From: Mobula hypostoma
Lineage: Eukaryota
DNA length: 64,000 nt
Assembly: GCF_963921235.1 (NCBI RefSeq)
Contig: NC_086097.1
Span: forward strand, 215,638,001 to 215,702,000
Reading direction: 5' to 3'
The notes beneath the pieces were generated by a model that was given only the letters and a program-made list of their open reading frames with translations, was not told where the DNA came from and ran no database searches. Below, in pieces: positions 50,590 through 62,904 of this stretch (positions within the stretch are counted from its first letter, which is position 1; every line of letters starts with the position of its first letter). The position numbers were made by a program, and so were the translations under genes.

Positions 50590-53500
50590 GGTCCAGAGTT
50601 AGTGGTATGTTCCTTGTGTGAGATGTGTGAACTTTGGGAGACCTTCAGTCTTTCCAGTAGCTACATATGCATGAAGTGCCCAAGCCGCAGTTCCTTAGAA
50701 ACTGTTTTAAGGAATTGGAGCTGCAACTTGATGACCATCGGTTTATATGGGAGGATGGTGAGGTGATAAATTGGAGCTATGGGAGAGTAGTCATCCCTAA
50801 GTTACAGGAGGCAGGTACGTGGGTGATGGTCATGAGAGAGAAATAGAATAAACAGCCAGTGCGGAGAACCCCTGCAGCCATCTTCCTGAATAATGAGTGT
50901 ACCACTTTGAATACCTTTGGATGGGGGAGGGGGCAGGAGGGTCCTTACCTCCTCAGTTGCCATGGAGAAGCTGCAGTGAGTAGGGCCATGGCACCGAGTC
51001 TGGCTCTGTGGCTCAGAGGGAAGGGGGGAAAAGTAGAGAGTGCAGTAGTGATATGAGATTCCATACTTAGGAAGAACTCAAGTGATTCTGTGCACATGAA
51101 AGAAACACCCAGGTGGTACTTTACATCTCAGGTGTCTGGGTCAAGGATAACTCGGATCAGGTCCACACCATTCCAAAGAGGGCGGGTGAGCAGCCAGAAG
51201 TCATGGTACATATTGGTATCAATGACAGAGCAGGAAATTGGAGGAGGTCTTGAAGAGAGAATATAGGGAGCTAGCAAGAAACCTGAGAAGCAGGACCTCC
51301 AGGATAGTCTTCTCTGGATTGCTGCCTGTGCCACGTGCCAATGAAGGTAAAAATAGAAGAATGACAGATGGGAGATCTTAACATACACATCAGTCAGGAA
51401 AATTAGGTTGGTAATGGATCTCAAGAGAGAGTGTTTGTTGGATGCCTATGAGATGGTTTTTTAGAGGTGTTTGTCATGGAGCCTACTAGGGGATCAGCAA
51501 TACTGGTTCAGGTGTTATTTAACGAACCAGAGGTGATTAGGGTGTTTAAGGTAAAAGTACCCTTAGGAGACAGTGATTACGATATGCTTGAAATGTGAGA
51601 GAGACAAAGTAAAGTCTGACATAACAGTATTTCAGTGGAGTAGAGGAAATTACAGAGGTATGAGAGGGGAGTTGGCAAAAGTAAATTGGAAGGAGATGCT
51701 AGTAGGGATGACAGCAGAGCAGCAATGGATTGAGTTTCTGGGAAAAATGAGAAAGGTGCAGGACAGATGTACTCATATACAAAAAAATACTCAAATAGCA
51801 AAATAGTACAACCATGGCTAACAAAGGGACTCAAAGCTAATGTAAAAGAATAAGAAAGGGCACACAACAAAGCAAAAATTATCAGGATGATAGAGGATTG
51901 GGAAGCTTTTAAAACCTACAGGGTGCAGCTAAAAGAATCATTAGGAGGGAAAAGATGGAATTTAAGAGCAAGCTAGCAAACAATATCAAAGTGCATAGTA
52001 AAAGTTGTTTCAAGTATGTAAAAAATAAAAGAGAGATGAGAGTGGCTATAAGACCTCTAGAAAATGAGGCCAGAGAAATTATAATGGGGGACAAGGAGAC
52101 GGCATATGAACTCAATGAGTATTTTGCATGTATGCACTGTGAAAGACACCAGCAGTGTGCCAGACGTTGAAGGGTGTGAGGGAAGAGAAGAGAGTGCAGT
52201 TACTATTACAAGGGAGAATGTGCTCAAAAAGCTGAAAGACCTAAGGGTACGTAAGTCACCCGGACCAGATGAACTGCACTCTAGGATTGTGAAGGAGGTA
52301 GCAGTAGAGATTGTGCAGACATTAACAATGATCTTTCAAAAATCATTGGACTCTGGCATGGTGCCAGAGGACTGGAAAATTGCAAATGTCACCCCACTCT
52401 TTAAGAAAGGTAATTATAGACCAGTTAGCCTGACCTCAGTGGTTGGGAAGATGTTAGAGTCAATTGTTAAGGATGAGGTGATGGAGTACTTGGTGACACA
52501 GGACAAGATCAGAGAAAGTCAGCATGGCTTCCTTAAGGAAATATTTTGCCTGACAAACCTGTTGGAATTCTTTTAGGAGATTACAAGTAGGATAGATAAA
52601 GGGGAAGCAATGGATGTTGTATATTTGGACATTCAGAAGGCCTTTGACAGGGTGCCACACAAGAGACTGCTTACCAAATTAAAAGCCTATGGTATTACAC
52701 AAAAGTTACTGGCATGGTTAGAGCATTGGATGATTGGTACGAAGCAGCGAATGGGAATAAAATGATTCTTTTCTGGTTAGCTGCTAGTGACTAGTGGTTT
52801 TCCACAGGGGTCAGTGTTGGGACCACTTTTTTTTTATGCTGTATATCAATGATATAGTTGATGGAATAGATGCCTTTGTTGCCACATTTGCAGATGATAC
52901 GAAGATTGGTGGAGGGGCAGGTAATGTTGAGGAAACAGGAAGGCTACAGAAGGACTTAGACAGATTAGGAGAATGGGCTGGAAAGTGGCAAATGAAATAC
53001 GATGTTGTAAAATGTATGGTCATGCACTTTGGTCATAGAAATAAATGTGCAGACTATTTTCTAAATGGAGAGAACATCCAAAAATCTGAGATGCAAAGGG
53101 GCTTGGGAGTCAATGTGCGGAACATGCTAAAGGTTACCTTGCAGGTTGAGTCGGTGGTGAGGAAGGCAACTGTGATGGTAGCATTCCTTTCTAGAAGTCT
53201 AGAGTACAAAAGCAGGAAAGTGATGCTGAGGCTTTATGAGGCTCTGGCGAGGCCTCACCTTGAGTATTGTGAACAGTTCTGGGCTCCTCATCTCAGAAAA
53301 GATGTGCTGGCATTGGACAGGGTTCAGAGGAGGTTGACTAGGACGATTCTGGGAATGAAAGTGTTATTATATGAGAAACGTTTGATGGCTTTGGGCCAGT
53401 ACTCACTGGAATTTAGAAGGATGAGGTGGGATCTCATTGAAACCTTTCGAATGTTGAAAGGCCTAGACAGAGTGGTTGTTTCCCATTGACAAGAAGGCAC

Positions 53501-53672
53501 AGCCTCAAGATAGACGGGTGTCCATTTAACACAGGAATGTGGTGAAATTTCTTTCACCAGAGGTTGGTGAACTTGTGGAATTTGTTACCACAGGCAGCTG
53601 TAGAGGCCAGATCGTTGGGTGTATTTAAGGCAGAAATTGATAGGTTCTTGATTGGACATGACATCAAAGATG
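50590..53672 (+). mobile_element. CR1 LINE(s): ORF1 remnant (about 50590-51360) joined to ORF2
   Basis: ORFs 51573-51806, 52106-52576 (KSPGPDELH, QHGF) and 52794-53489 (FADDTKIGG, RPHLEYC). Confidence 0.88.
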
Positions 53673-53789
53673 AGAGGGATGGTGGCTAATAACATATTTC
53701 ACTTTATGATAAGGATGTTTTTTCCTTTTTTCTTTCTTTACCAAACAGCTTTGATCTTGGTAGTGGGTTTAGGGTGACTCTGTTGGTAA

Positions 53790-55060
53790 AAATTTAAATT
53801 AAATCCTTAGAAAGAGGTGACGTAGGATCAGAAAATGTAGAATCCTTGTGGGTAGAGCTGAGAAACTGCAAGAGTATAAAGACCTTGATGGGAGTTATAT
53901 ACAGGCCTCCAAATAGTAGCCGTGATATGGGATACAAATTACAATGGGAGATAGAAAAGGCGAGTAAAAAGGGTAATGTTGTAATGGTAATGGAGAATTT
54001 CAATTTGCAGGAAGATTGGGAAAACCAGGCTGGTGCTCGATGCCAAGAGACACGTGAATTTATAGAATGCCTATGAGAAGGCTCTTTTGAGCAACTTGTA
54101 GTTGTGCCCACTAGGGGAAAGGCAATTCTTGATTGGGTGTTATGCGATGAACCAAATTTTATTAGAGAGCTTTGTTATGTAACCAGCAACAATGAATATC
54201 AATTGAGACAGATTATATAAAAACAACCAAACACTTATTAAACATGAATAAATAATAAAAACAAATGAAAACCTTAACTGGAAGTTAACCGCTATGCGGC
54301 CGTTCAACAAACCGTCACTCACTACTACTGGTTCTTAAAGCATTAAATGTGAAAACAGTTCTTAAAGCGATAAAGTCAGATACAGTTCTTAAAATGGTAA
54401 ATTCGAAAGTCCAACAGATTTATACATTCAATTGGGAGAGACTTCTCTGGAGAAGGATTACTTCATAGACGCGACTTTCCTGTTGGTTCTGTCCAAAGGA
54501 TTCACGATGCAGGAAATAAACGGCTTAAAACAACTGACCTTAATTTCTAGAAAGCAAACCTTGCATGAACTTCCTTTCTCTTTTGGCAAGAGTTACCTTC
54601 GATGCAGGTCGCTACTTCTTCAACGAAGACTCAATAAGGTCGATCCTTTGTTAAACTGCCGAATGATACCAACTTCTCTTAATCCTTCGGGTCCTGTACT
54701 TCGATAAAGTCTTCACTCTCCCATACTACTGGAAAAAGGTACATCAACACATCTAGCAAAAATTGCCAATCCAGCACTATTGTACCTTGCAATAGAACGT
54801 AACACTCCGTTTTAAAAATGAAACTGCGTCATAAAATAAATACGCAACAGAAACGGAGACACACTAACGCTCTAGTTGGAAAACTAAAAAGCTAGAAACT
54901 AACTGCGTCATCTGAGGTCTTCCCTTATATACCCGTGGTGAACATGTCCTCATGTGACCTCACATCGGTGGGAAAATTACATCAGGTGACCTCCAAAAGA
55001 CCATTACATCATTCTCACAAGATCTCCTTGAGGTATGTAACAGCTTAAGGTAAAGGGACA
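53790..55060 (+). mobile_element. CR1 APE fragment split by a solo LTR
   Basis: ORF 53846-54076 'WVELRNCK..IYRPPNS'. The sequence attagagagctt|aaggtaaagg is restored when the LTR is removed. Confidence 0.8.
54173..55042 (-). mobile_element. Solo LTR (870 bp) with 4-bp TSD
   Basis: TGTTA...TAACA termini; TSD gctt at 54169-54172 and 55043-55046. Orientation inferred from minus-strand TATATAA at about 54924-54930. Confidence 0.85.
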
Positions 55061-55094
55061 TTAATAACAAACAAATAATCACCTGAATGATAAG

Positions 55095-56722
55095 CTAATG
55101 CTTTGAGAGGCTGGTCAAGGACTATGTCTGCAGCATGTTACCACCCAAACTGGACCCCTTACAATTCGCCTACTGACACAACTGATCAACAGACAATGCA
55201 ATAGCCACTGCTCTATATTCCGTCCTTACACATCAGGAGAAGAAGGATGCTTATGTGAGATGCTGTTCTTGGACTACAGTTCAGCATTCAACACCATAAT
55301 TCCATCCAGGCTTGACAGGAAGCTCAGAAACCTCGGCCTTGACCCTGCCTTGTGCAGCTGGATCCTGAACTTCCTGTCAGATCGCCGGCAGGTGTTAAGA
55401 GTGGGCTCCCTCACCTCCAACCCTCTGACTCTCAACACAGGAGCCCCTCAGGGGTGTGTACTAAGTCCCCTGTTTTACTCTCTGTATACCCATGACTGTG
55501 CCGCCACCCACAGTTCTAATCTGCTAATTAAATTTGCCAACGACACTACTTTGATTGGCCTAATCTCAAACAATAATGAGGTGGCCTACAGTAGTGTCAA
55601 GAAAACAAACTCTCCCTCAATATCGCAAAAACAAAGGAGCTGGGTGTGGATTACAGGAGGAATGGAGATGGGCTAACCCCTACTGAAATCAATGAATCCA
55701 GGGTTGAGAGGGTAAACAGCTCTAAGTTCCTCTGCATCCACATCACCGAAGACTTCGCGTAGTCTGTACACACCAGCTGTGTGGTGAAAAAGGCACATAG
55801 TGTCTCTTTCACCTCAGATGGTTGAGGAAATTTGGTCGTCATGGCTATCCCTCGAGGTCGAGGATGATGGTTTTCGTTCTGAAGAAGTGGACACAGAGCT
55901 TAACGTGTACTTGATGTTGCACTCCAAGAAGCACACGATACTTCACAAATCAACCAACTGATTCCAATGGCATGGAAACCACGGCGATTGGAGCTGATGG
56001 ATTTGTTGCAGCCTTCATCCACCTTCACAGCCGTTGAGTTCGAAGTAACTCCATCCGCCTGTTCCACCGTTGAGGTCTTGGTTGGATTGTTCTTTGTCAG
56101 GGACCTCACCCTTGACTTTACCGCCATGGGTGACCCTAACAGGAGCTCCAGATGGTATTGCTCTCAGGATCACAGGACCACACAAGCTTCTCCACCACGA
56201 CAAGGTGACAATCCACGGAGATGGGCCCCCAGATCCTAAGAACTTTCTACAGCGGCATAATTGAGAGCATCCTGACTAGCTGCATCACTGCCTAGTAATG
56301 GGAACTGCACTTCCCTCAATCGCAGGACTCTCCAAAGAGTGGTGCGGACAGCCCAGCGCATCTGCAGTTGTGAACTTCCCACTATTCAGGACATTTACAA
56401 AGACAGGTGTGAGAAAAGAGCTCAAAGGATCATTGGGGACCCAAGTAACCCAACCACAATCTATTCCAGCTGCTACCATCCGGGAAGTGGTACCACAACA
56501 TAAAAGCCAGGACCAACAAGCTCCAGGACAGCTTCTTCCACCAGGCCATCAGTGTGATTAACTGAGGCTGATCTGAGCGTGTTTCTATATTACATTGACT
56601 GTTCCATTTATTATAAATGATTATTAATTACTATGATTACACATTTAGATGGAGACGTAACATAAAAATTTTACTCCTTATGTATGTGAAGGATGTAAGA
56701 AATAAAGTAATTCAATTCAATT
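55095..56722 (+). mobile_element. Rex1/Babar-type LINE, RT to (AATTC)n tail, interrupted by an RTE-derived element
   Basis: ORF 55260-55676 '[30 protein letters not shown]'. Tail aattcaattcaattc. Confidence 0.9.
55837..56220 (-). mobile_element. Non-autonomous RTE-derived element (Rex3/Expander/BovB-like 5'UTR head plus RTE tail)
   Basis: Minus strand begins 'gtggattgtcaccttgtcgtggtggagaagcttgtg..tagggtcacccatggc..ctgacaaaga' and ends 'atcatcctcgacctcgagggatagcc'. Splits the host sequence tttggt|atgggcc. Confidence 0.75.
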
Positions 56723-56806
56723 CATTAGGAAGCAGTGATCATAATATGATAGATTCACCCTACTGTTTGAGAACGAGAAGATAAAATCAGATGTATCAGT
56801 ACCACA

Positions 56807-57395
56807 ATGCTGAGGCTTTATAAGGCATTGGTCGGACCGCATTTGGGGTATTGTAAGCAGTTTTGGGCTGCTTATCTAAGAAAAGATGTGCTGGTATTGG
56901 AAACAGTTCTGTTGACGTTCAGAAGAATGATTCTGGGAATAGAAAGGTTTACGAAGGAGGAGTGTTTGATGACCCTGGGCCTGTACTTGCTGGAGTTTAG
57001 AAGAATGAGAGGGAGCTCATTGAAACCTGTTGAATATTGAAAGGTGTGGATAGAGTGGATGTAGGGAGGGTATTTCCTACAGTGGGTGTGTCTAGGACCA
57101 GAGGGCAAAGCCGTGGACTAGAGGGATTTCCATTTAAAACAGAAATCAGAAGCAAGTTCTTTAGCCGGAGGGGAGTGAATCTGTGGAATTCATTACCACA
57201 GGCAACAGTGGAGGCCAGTTCATTGATTATATTAAAGTGGAGGTAGATAGGTTCCTGATTAGTGAGGACAGCAAAGGTTAAGAAGAGAAGGCACGAGAAT
57301 GAGGTAAAGAGGAATAATTCATCAGCCATCATGGAATGGTGGAGCAGGTTCGATGGGCCAAATGATCTAATTCTGCTCCCATGTCTTATGGTCTT
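56807..57395 (+). mobile_element. CR1 3' fragment
   Basis: ORFs 56807-57040 and 57037-57246; tail tgtcttatggtctta. Confidence 0.85.
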
Positions 57396-57404
57396 AAATT
57401 ATTA

Positions 57405-57868
57405 AACTGGAAGGAGTGCAGAAAAGATTTATCCAAGTGTTGCCTGGACTTGAAGGCTTGAGTTGCAAGGAGAAGTTCCATAGACTAATACCTAATTCCT
57501 TGGAATTTAGGGGACTGAGTAGTGAGCTGATAGAAATAAACAAGATCAATTTGGGCAGAGACAGGGTGAAAGCACATAGTCTTTTTACCAGAGAAGGGGT
57601 GTTAAAAACAAGAGGACATAGGTTTAAGATCAGAGCTGAGAGATTTATAAAGGACAGCTTCTTCATGCAAAAGGTGGTGCATATTTGGAATGAAATAGAA
57701 ATAGAGACTGAAGCAGACACATTAGCAACATTTAAAAGCCATTTTGACAGGTACATAGAAGAAGAGGTTTCGAGAGCAATGGGCCAAAACTTGGCAGGTG
57801 GGATGAGCTCAGCACGGACAAATTAGGCTTTAGGGCCTGTTTCATGGTGTATGACTCTATGACTCTAA
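57405..57868 (+). mobile_element. CR1 3' fragment (older subfamily)
   Basis: ORF 57416-57826 'QKRFIQVLPGL..TRGHRFKI'; tail atgactctatgactcta. Confidence 0.8.
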
Positions 57869-57961
57869 AATCCCGCTGCGGCAAGTGAGTTATCAAAGGC
57901 TAAACAACTCCCAAATGCCAAAGGCCAATCTGCTAAAATGGATCACTATGAAAGAATTTTA

Positions 57962-58335
57962 AGATCAGAATCAGATTTATCATCACCGGCATATGTCATG
58001 AAATTTCTTAACTTACCAGCAGCAGTGCAATGCAATACGTGATAATACAGAAAGAAAAAAAAACACTATATAAATAAATAAATAAATCACTTAAAGTGTA
58101 TATATATTGAACAGATTAAAAATAGTGCAAAAACGGAACTAATACATATTAAAAAGTGAGGCAGTGTTCATGGGGTCAATGTCAATTTAGGAATCAGATA
58201 GAAGAGGTGAAGAAGCTGTCCTCGAATCGCTGAGTGTGTGCCTTTAGGCCTCTGCTCCTCCTTCCTGGTGGTAACAATGAGAAGAGGGCTTACCCTGGGT
58301 GAAGGATTGTCCTTAATAATAGACGCTATTAATGG
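57962..58335 (-). mobile_element. Rex1/Babar-type 3' end
   Basis: Matches 815-1170. Confidence 0.85.
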
Positions 58336-58774
58336 AGAAGATAGCAGAGTTGAACAAAGAAAATCAAAAGACCCAACACAGATTGGGAGACCGCTTCGCT
58401 GAACACCTACGCTCTGTCCACCAGAGGAAGCAGGATCTCCCAGTGGCCACACATTTTAATTCCACATCCCATTCCCATTCTGATATGTCCATTCCCCGTC
58501 TCCTCTACTGTAAAGATGAAGCCACACTCAGGTTGGAGGAACAACACCTTATATTCCGTCTGGGTAGCCTCCAACCTGATGGCAAGAACATTGATTTCTC
58601 TAACTTCTGTTAATGCCCCTCCTCCCCTTCTTGCCCCATCCCTAATTATCTATTTGTTTGTTTGTTTGTTTGTTTATTTATTTTCTCTTTTTCCCTCTCA
58701 CAATAACTCCTTGCCTGTTCTCCATCTTCTTCTGGTGCTCCCCTCCCCCTTCTTTTCTTCCAAGGCCTTCCGTC

Positions 58775-60745
58775 CAGGGCCGGATTAACCTAGTAGCAAA
58801 AGTAGCATATGCTATGGGCCCCGCATTTTCGAGGGCCCCGGACTAAATGCTTGCAAGCTGCGGTCTGGTGAAATCGGCATCCCACCGTATTCACAACAAT
58901 CTGGCAACGCTGTTGTTTTCATGTCGGGGGAACTGCATGCTGCATGGTATGAGTGTGCAGGCGTGCGTTGGCTCCTTGCTGTGTCATGGTGACCTTCGTG
59001 CTATCTCCCACGCTCCCAAGCCGCTGCAGTGTGCATTGTTACGCCGCTGGACGGTGCGCCACTGACTTTGACTGTGGGCTATGTTTTGCCGTCTGGACCA
59101 GTTGAAAGATTTGTGAAGTTTTTGGATATGGAAGGTCATAGTGCTGAACAGCTCGCTCAAAGTTTACTTGACTTTTTAATGGAAAATGACATTGATATAA
59201 AAGACTGCCGTGGTCAAAGTTATGACAACACCAGCAACATGAATGGCAAGTATAGTGGCTTACAAGCACGAATTAAAGAGCTGAATGAGTTTGTGGATTA
59301 CATTTCATGTTTTGCACATTCACTAAATTTGGTTGGAAAATGTGCTGCTGAATGTTGTCAAGAAGCATTAATTTTCTTTCAATTTGTAGAAAGCCTGTAC
59401 ACATTTTTTTCTGCTTCTACTTATCGGTGGGATCTCCTTTCTGCTGCATTATCTGCTGGTGGTGCTCATTTGCCCGTTGTGAAAAGAATGTCAGATACCA
59501 GGTGGTCAGCTCGTGCAGATGCAACAAAAGCACTTTCACACAGCTTTTCTGCAATAAAACAAGTCTTGGATGACATTTCAAATAACAATGATCAGAAGGC
59601 AAGAGTGTCGACAAGAGGCTCATGGACTACTTTCAACAATGATGAAGTTGGAAACAGGAATAATGGTCATATTGTGGGATCAAGTAACTCAGTGTTTTCA
59701 AGTGACCAGTGCTTCTTTGTAATCTTCTGGCCAAGACTTGAACACAGCTTGTGCACTCTATGAATCCTTGCATAGATATATTCAAGCTATGCAGTCTACT
59801 TCTTCAGGCATTGAGCAAGAAGCCAAGGATCTGACTAAGTGTGAAGATGATCAACAGCAGACTCGAAGAAAACACAAGCAAAATCACATGTATGATGATT
59901 TCAGTGGTTCCAGCACTCTTGATCCACTTGTTGAATCTCAAACGGCTTCTCAGAAGTTTAAAAGCCGCACATTTCTTGTCACTATTGACAGCTTGCTTTC
60001 TGCCCTGTCAAAAAGACAGAAAGCTTATCTAAAGCTGAATGGTGTTTTTGTATTCCTTCATCGGTTACAGTCGTTTACACCTGAAGAGATCGTAAAGAGG
60101 TCATCAAATCTTATTAAATCATATCTGAAAGATCTGGAAGAAAGTCATGATGAAAAATTTGTGCAGTTTACTGAACTGTTGAAAACTGATCTTGTTCCTC
60201 ATATTGGCGCCAAATAAGATCTTGTAGAGTTACAGTTGTACCGTTTGATAACTGACAATTTTTTGGAGTCATGTTTTCCAAATGTAGAAAATGCCTTGCG
60301 CATCTATTTGTCACTCATGGTTACCAACTGCAGTGGAGAACGCTCATTTTCAAAACTGAAAAGGATTAAAAATGAACTAAGGAGCACCATGGGTCAAAAC
60401 AGATTGAACAATCTCACTCTAATGAGCATTGAACATGAACTTCTGTGTGAAATAGACATTTACAGTATCATCAACAAATTTGCTCATGCTAAATCTAGAA
60501 AATGTAACTTTTAAATTGTAGTTTTGTTACTTTTGACATTTGAAATTGATACCTACATGTAAGTAATACCATTACTGAAGTGTCAGACATTTGTCGTATT
60601 ATCTGGCTATATAGAAAATGAAAATATTGAATTACTTTACTATGCAAGTAAATAATTTATGTTTTAATACTTATGTGCATTTTTGAAATTTAGGGCCCCT
60701 TTATAACATATGCTACAGGCCCCGCACTAGCTTAATCCGGCCCTG
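58775..60745 (+). mobile_element. hAT DNA transposon (Tip100/ZMYM1-like), 1971 bp, both ends intact
   Basis: TIR CAGGGCCGGATTAA(c/g)CTAGT at both ends (19/20). 8-bp TSD cttccgtc (58767-58774) and cttccatc (60746-60753). Confidence 0.95.
59029..60514 (+). pseudogene. hAT transposase pseudogene (N-terminally deleted, frameshift and stop)
   Basis: 'DCRGQSYDNTSNMNG', 'CFAHSLNLV' (CxxH), 'TRWSAR' and dimerisation motif 'ERSFSKLKRIKNELRSTMGQNRLNNLTLMSIE', split over three ORFs. Confidence 0.92.
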
Positions 60746-61339
60746 CTTCCATCCCTGCTTCCATCCCATTATACTCCCCCTTTTCCAGCCTTGTATCCCT
60801 TTTGCCAGCCAACTTCCCAGCTCTTGGCTTCATCCCTCCCACCGCTCCCCCACCGTCTTCTCCTATCATTTCGGGCTCCCCCTCCCCCTTTCAAATCTCT
60901 TACTACCTCTTTTTTCAGTTAGTCCTGACGAAGGGTCTCGGCTCAAAACGTCGACTGTGCTTCTTCCTATGGATGCTGCCTGGCCTGCTGCGTTCACCAG
61001 CATTTTGTGTGTGTTGCTCAATCAAATCCCTCCTTGTTTTCTTATGTTCAGTTGGTATGACAGAGATAACCAACTTAGTTTCTCAACTAAAATTCTTCTT
61101 TGAAATGATGAATGTACATAGCTAAAGATAATGAGCCCAGTTTACCAGGTCGAAAACCTGCCAGTTATACCAAGGTTTTAAATGCATTGGGCCATTTACA
61201 TGTTGAGGGCAGCACTGGAAAGGGCAATATTTATCAGGAAGCCTTAACAAAGTGGCAGAGAAATGCCATGATGCAACTTAACTAATGAATGCAGTCATTG
61301 GTATTAAGTAGTACACTGCAGGACTTTCACATGGTGATT

Positions 61340-62904
61340 GACCATAAGACCATAAGACATAGGGGCAAGAATTAAGCCATTTGTCCCATCGAGTCTGCTC
61401 CACCATCTAATCATGGCTGATCCATTTTCCCCTCCTCAGCCCCACTCCCCGGCCTTCTCCCTGTAACCTTTGATGCCATGTCCAATCAAGAACCTGTCAA
61501 GCTCTGCCCTTCTGAAAGTCCAAATATACAACACTCACTACATCCTCTTTATCTATCCTTCTTGTAATCACCTCAAAGAATTCTAACAGTTTCGTCACAC
61601 AAGGAAATCATGCTGACTTTGTCCTATCTTGTCCTGTGTCACCAAGTACTCCATAACCACATCCTTAACAATTGACTCAAACATCTTCCCAACCACTGAA
61701 ATCAGGCTAACTGGTCTATAATTTCCTTTCTGCTGCCTCCATCCTTTCTTAAAGAATGGAGTGATATTTGCAATTGTCTAGTCCTCTGGCGCCATGCCCG
61801 AGTCCAATGATTTTTGAAAGATTAATGCCTCCAAAATCTCTACTGCTACTTCTTTCAGAACCCTAAGGTGCAGTTCATCTGGCCCAGGTGACTTATATAC
61901 CCTTACATATTTCAGCTTTTTGAGTACATTCTCCCTTGTAATAGTAACTGCATTCACGTCTCTTCCCTCACACTCTTCAACACTTGGCACACTGCCAGTA
62001 TCTTCCACAGTGAAAACTGATGCAAAATACTCATTTAGTTCATCGGCCATCTTCTTATCCCCCATTATTATTTCTCATGCCTCATTTTCTAAAGGTCAAT
62101 ATCCACTCTCATTTCTCTTTTATTTTTCACACACTTGAAAAAGCTTTTACTATATGCTTTGATATTGTTTACTAGCTTGCTTTCATATTTTATCTTTTCC
62201 ATCCTAATGATTCTTCTAGTCATTCTCTGTAGGTTTTTAAAAGCTTCCTAATTCTCTATCTTCCCTCTAATTTTTACTTTGTTGAATCCCCTCTCTTTTG
62301 CTTTTACATTAGCCTTGACTTCCCTTGTCAGCCACGTTTGTACTATTTTGCCATTTGTGTACTTGTTTGTTTTTGGAATGCATCTATTCTGCACCTTCCT
62401 CATTTTTCCCAGAAACTCAGCTATTGCTGCTCTGCTGTCATCCCCACCAGCATCTCTTTCCAATTTACTTTTCCTGCCACTGCAATTTCCTTTACTTCAC
62501 TGAAATTCTGCTACATCAGATTTTACTTTTGCCCTATCAAATATCAAATAGAACTCAAGCATATTCTGATCACTGTCTCCCAAGGGTTCTTTTACCTTAA
62601 GCTCCCTAATCACCTCTGGTTCATTACATAAAACCCAATCCAGTACAGGTGATCCCCTGGTAGGCTTAATGACAAACTGCTCTAAAAAGCCATCTCGTAG
62701 ACATTCAACAAACTCAATCTCTTGAGATTCATTGCCAACCTAATTTTCCCAATTGACCTCCATGTTAAAATCTCCCATGACTATCATAACATTACACTTT
62801 TGACACGCCTTTTCCATTCTGTGGTCTAATCTGTGGTCCATATCCCGCTACTGCTGGGAGATGGTATATAACTGTCATTAGGGTCCTTTTTCCCTTGCAG
62901 TTTC
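61340..62904 (-). mobile_element. CR1 fragments (3' end at about 61340-61510 joined to an APE/RT segment)
   Basis: Tail (ccataaga)n; ORFs 61778-62065 and 62248-62463. Continues at about 63746-64000. Confidence 0.85.

Larger units (their letters stand above)
58368..61020 (+). mobile_element. Penelope-like element 3' part (GIY-YIG C-terminus, 3' region with hammerhead motif), interrupted by hAT
   Basis: ORF 58332-58613 'TQHRLGDRFAEHLRSV..PVATHFN..LRLEEQHLIFRLGSLQPDGKNIDF'. Resumes at 60746; hammerhead motif at 60921-60956. Confidence 0.88.

Noticed and set aside
59029..60514. Domesticated ZMYM1/ZBED-like host gene
   Set aside because: Frameshift and stop, missing N-terminus, and flanking TIRs with TSD show a transposon copy.
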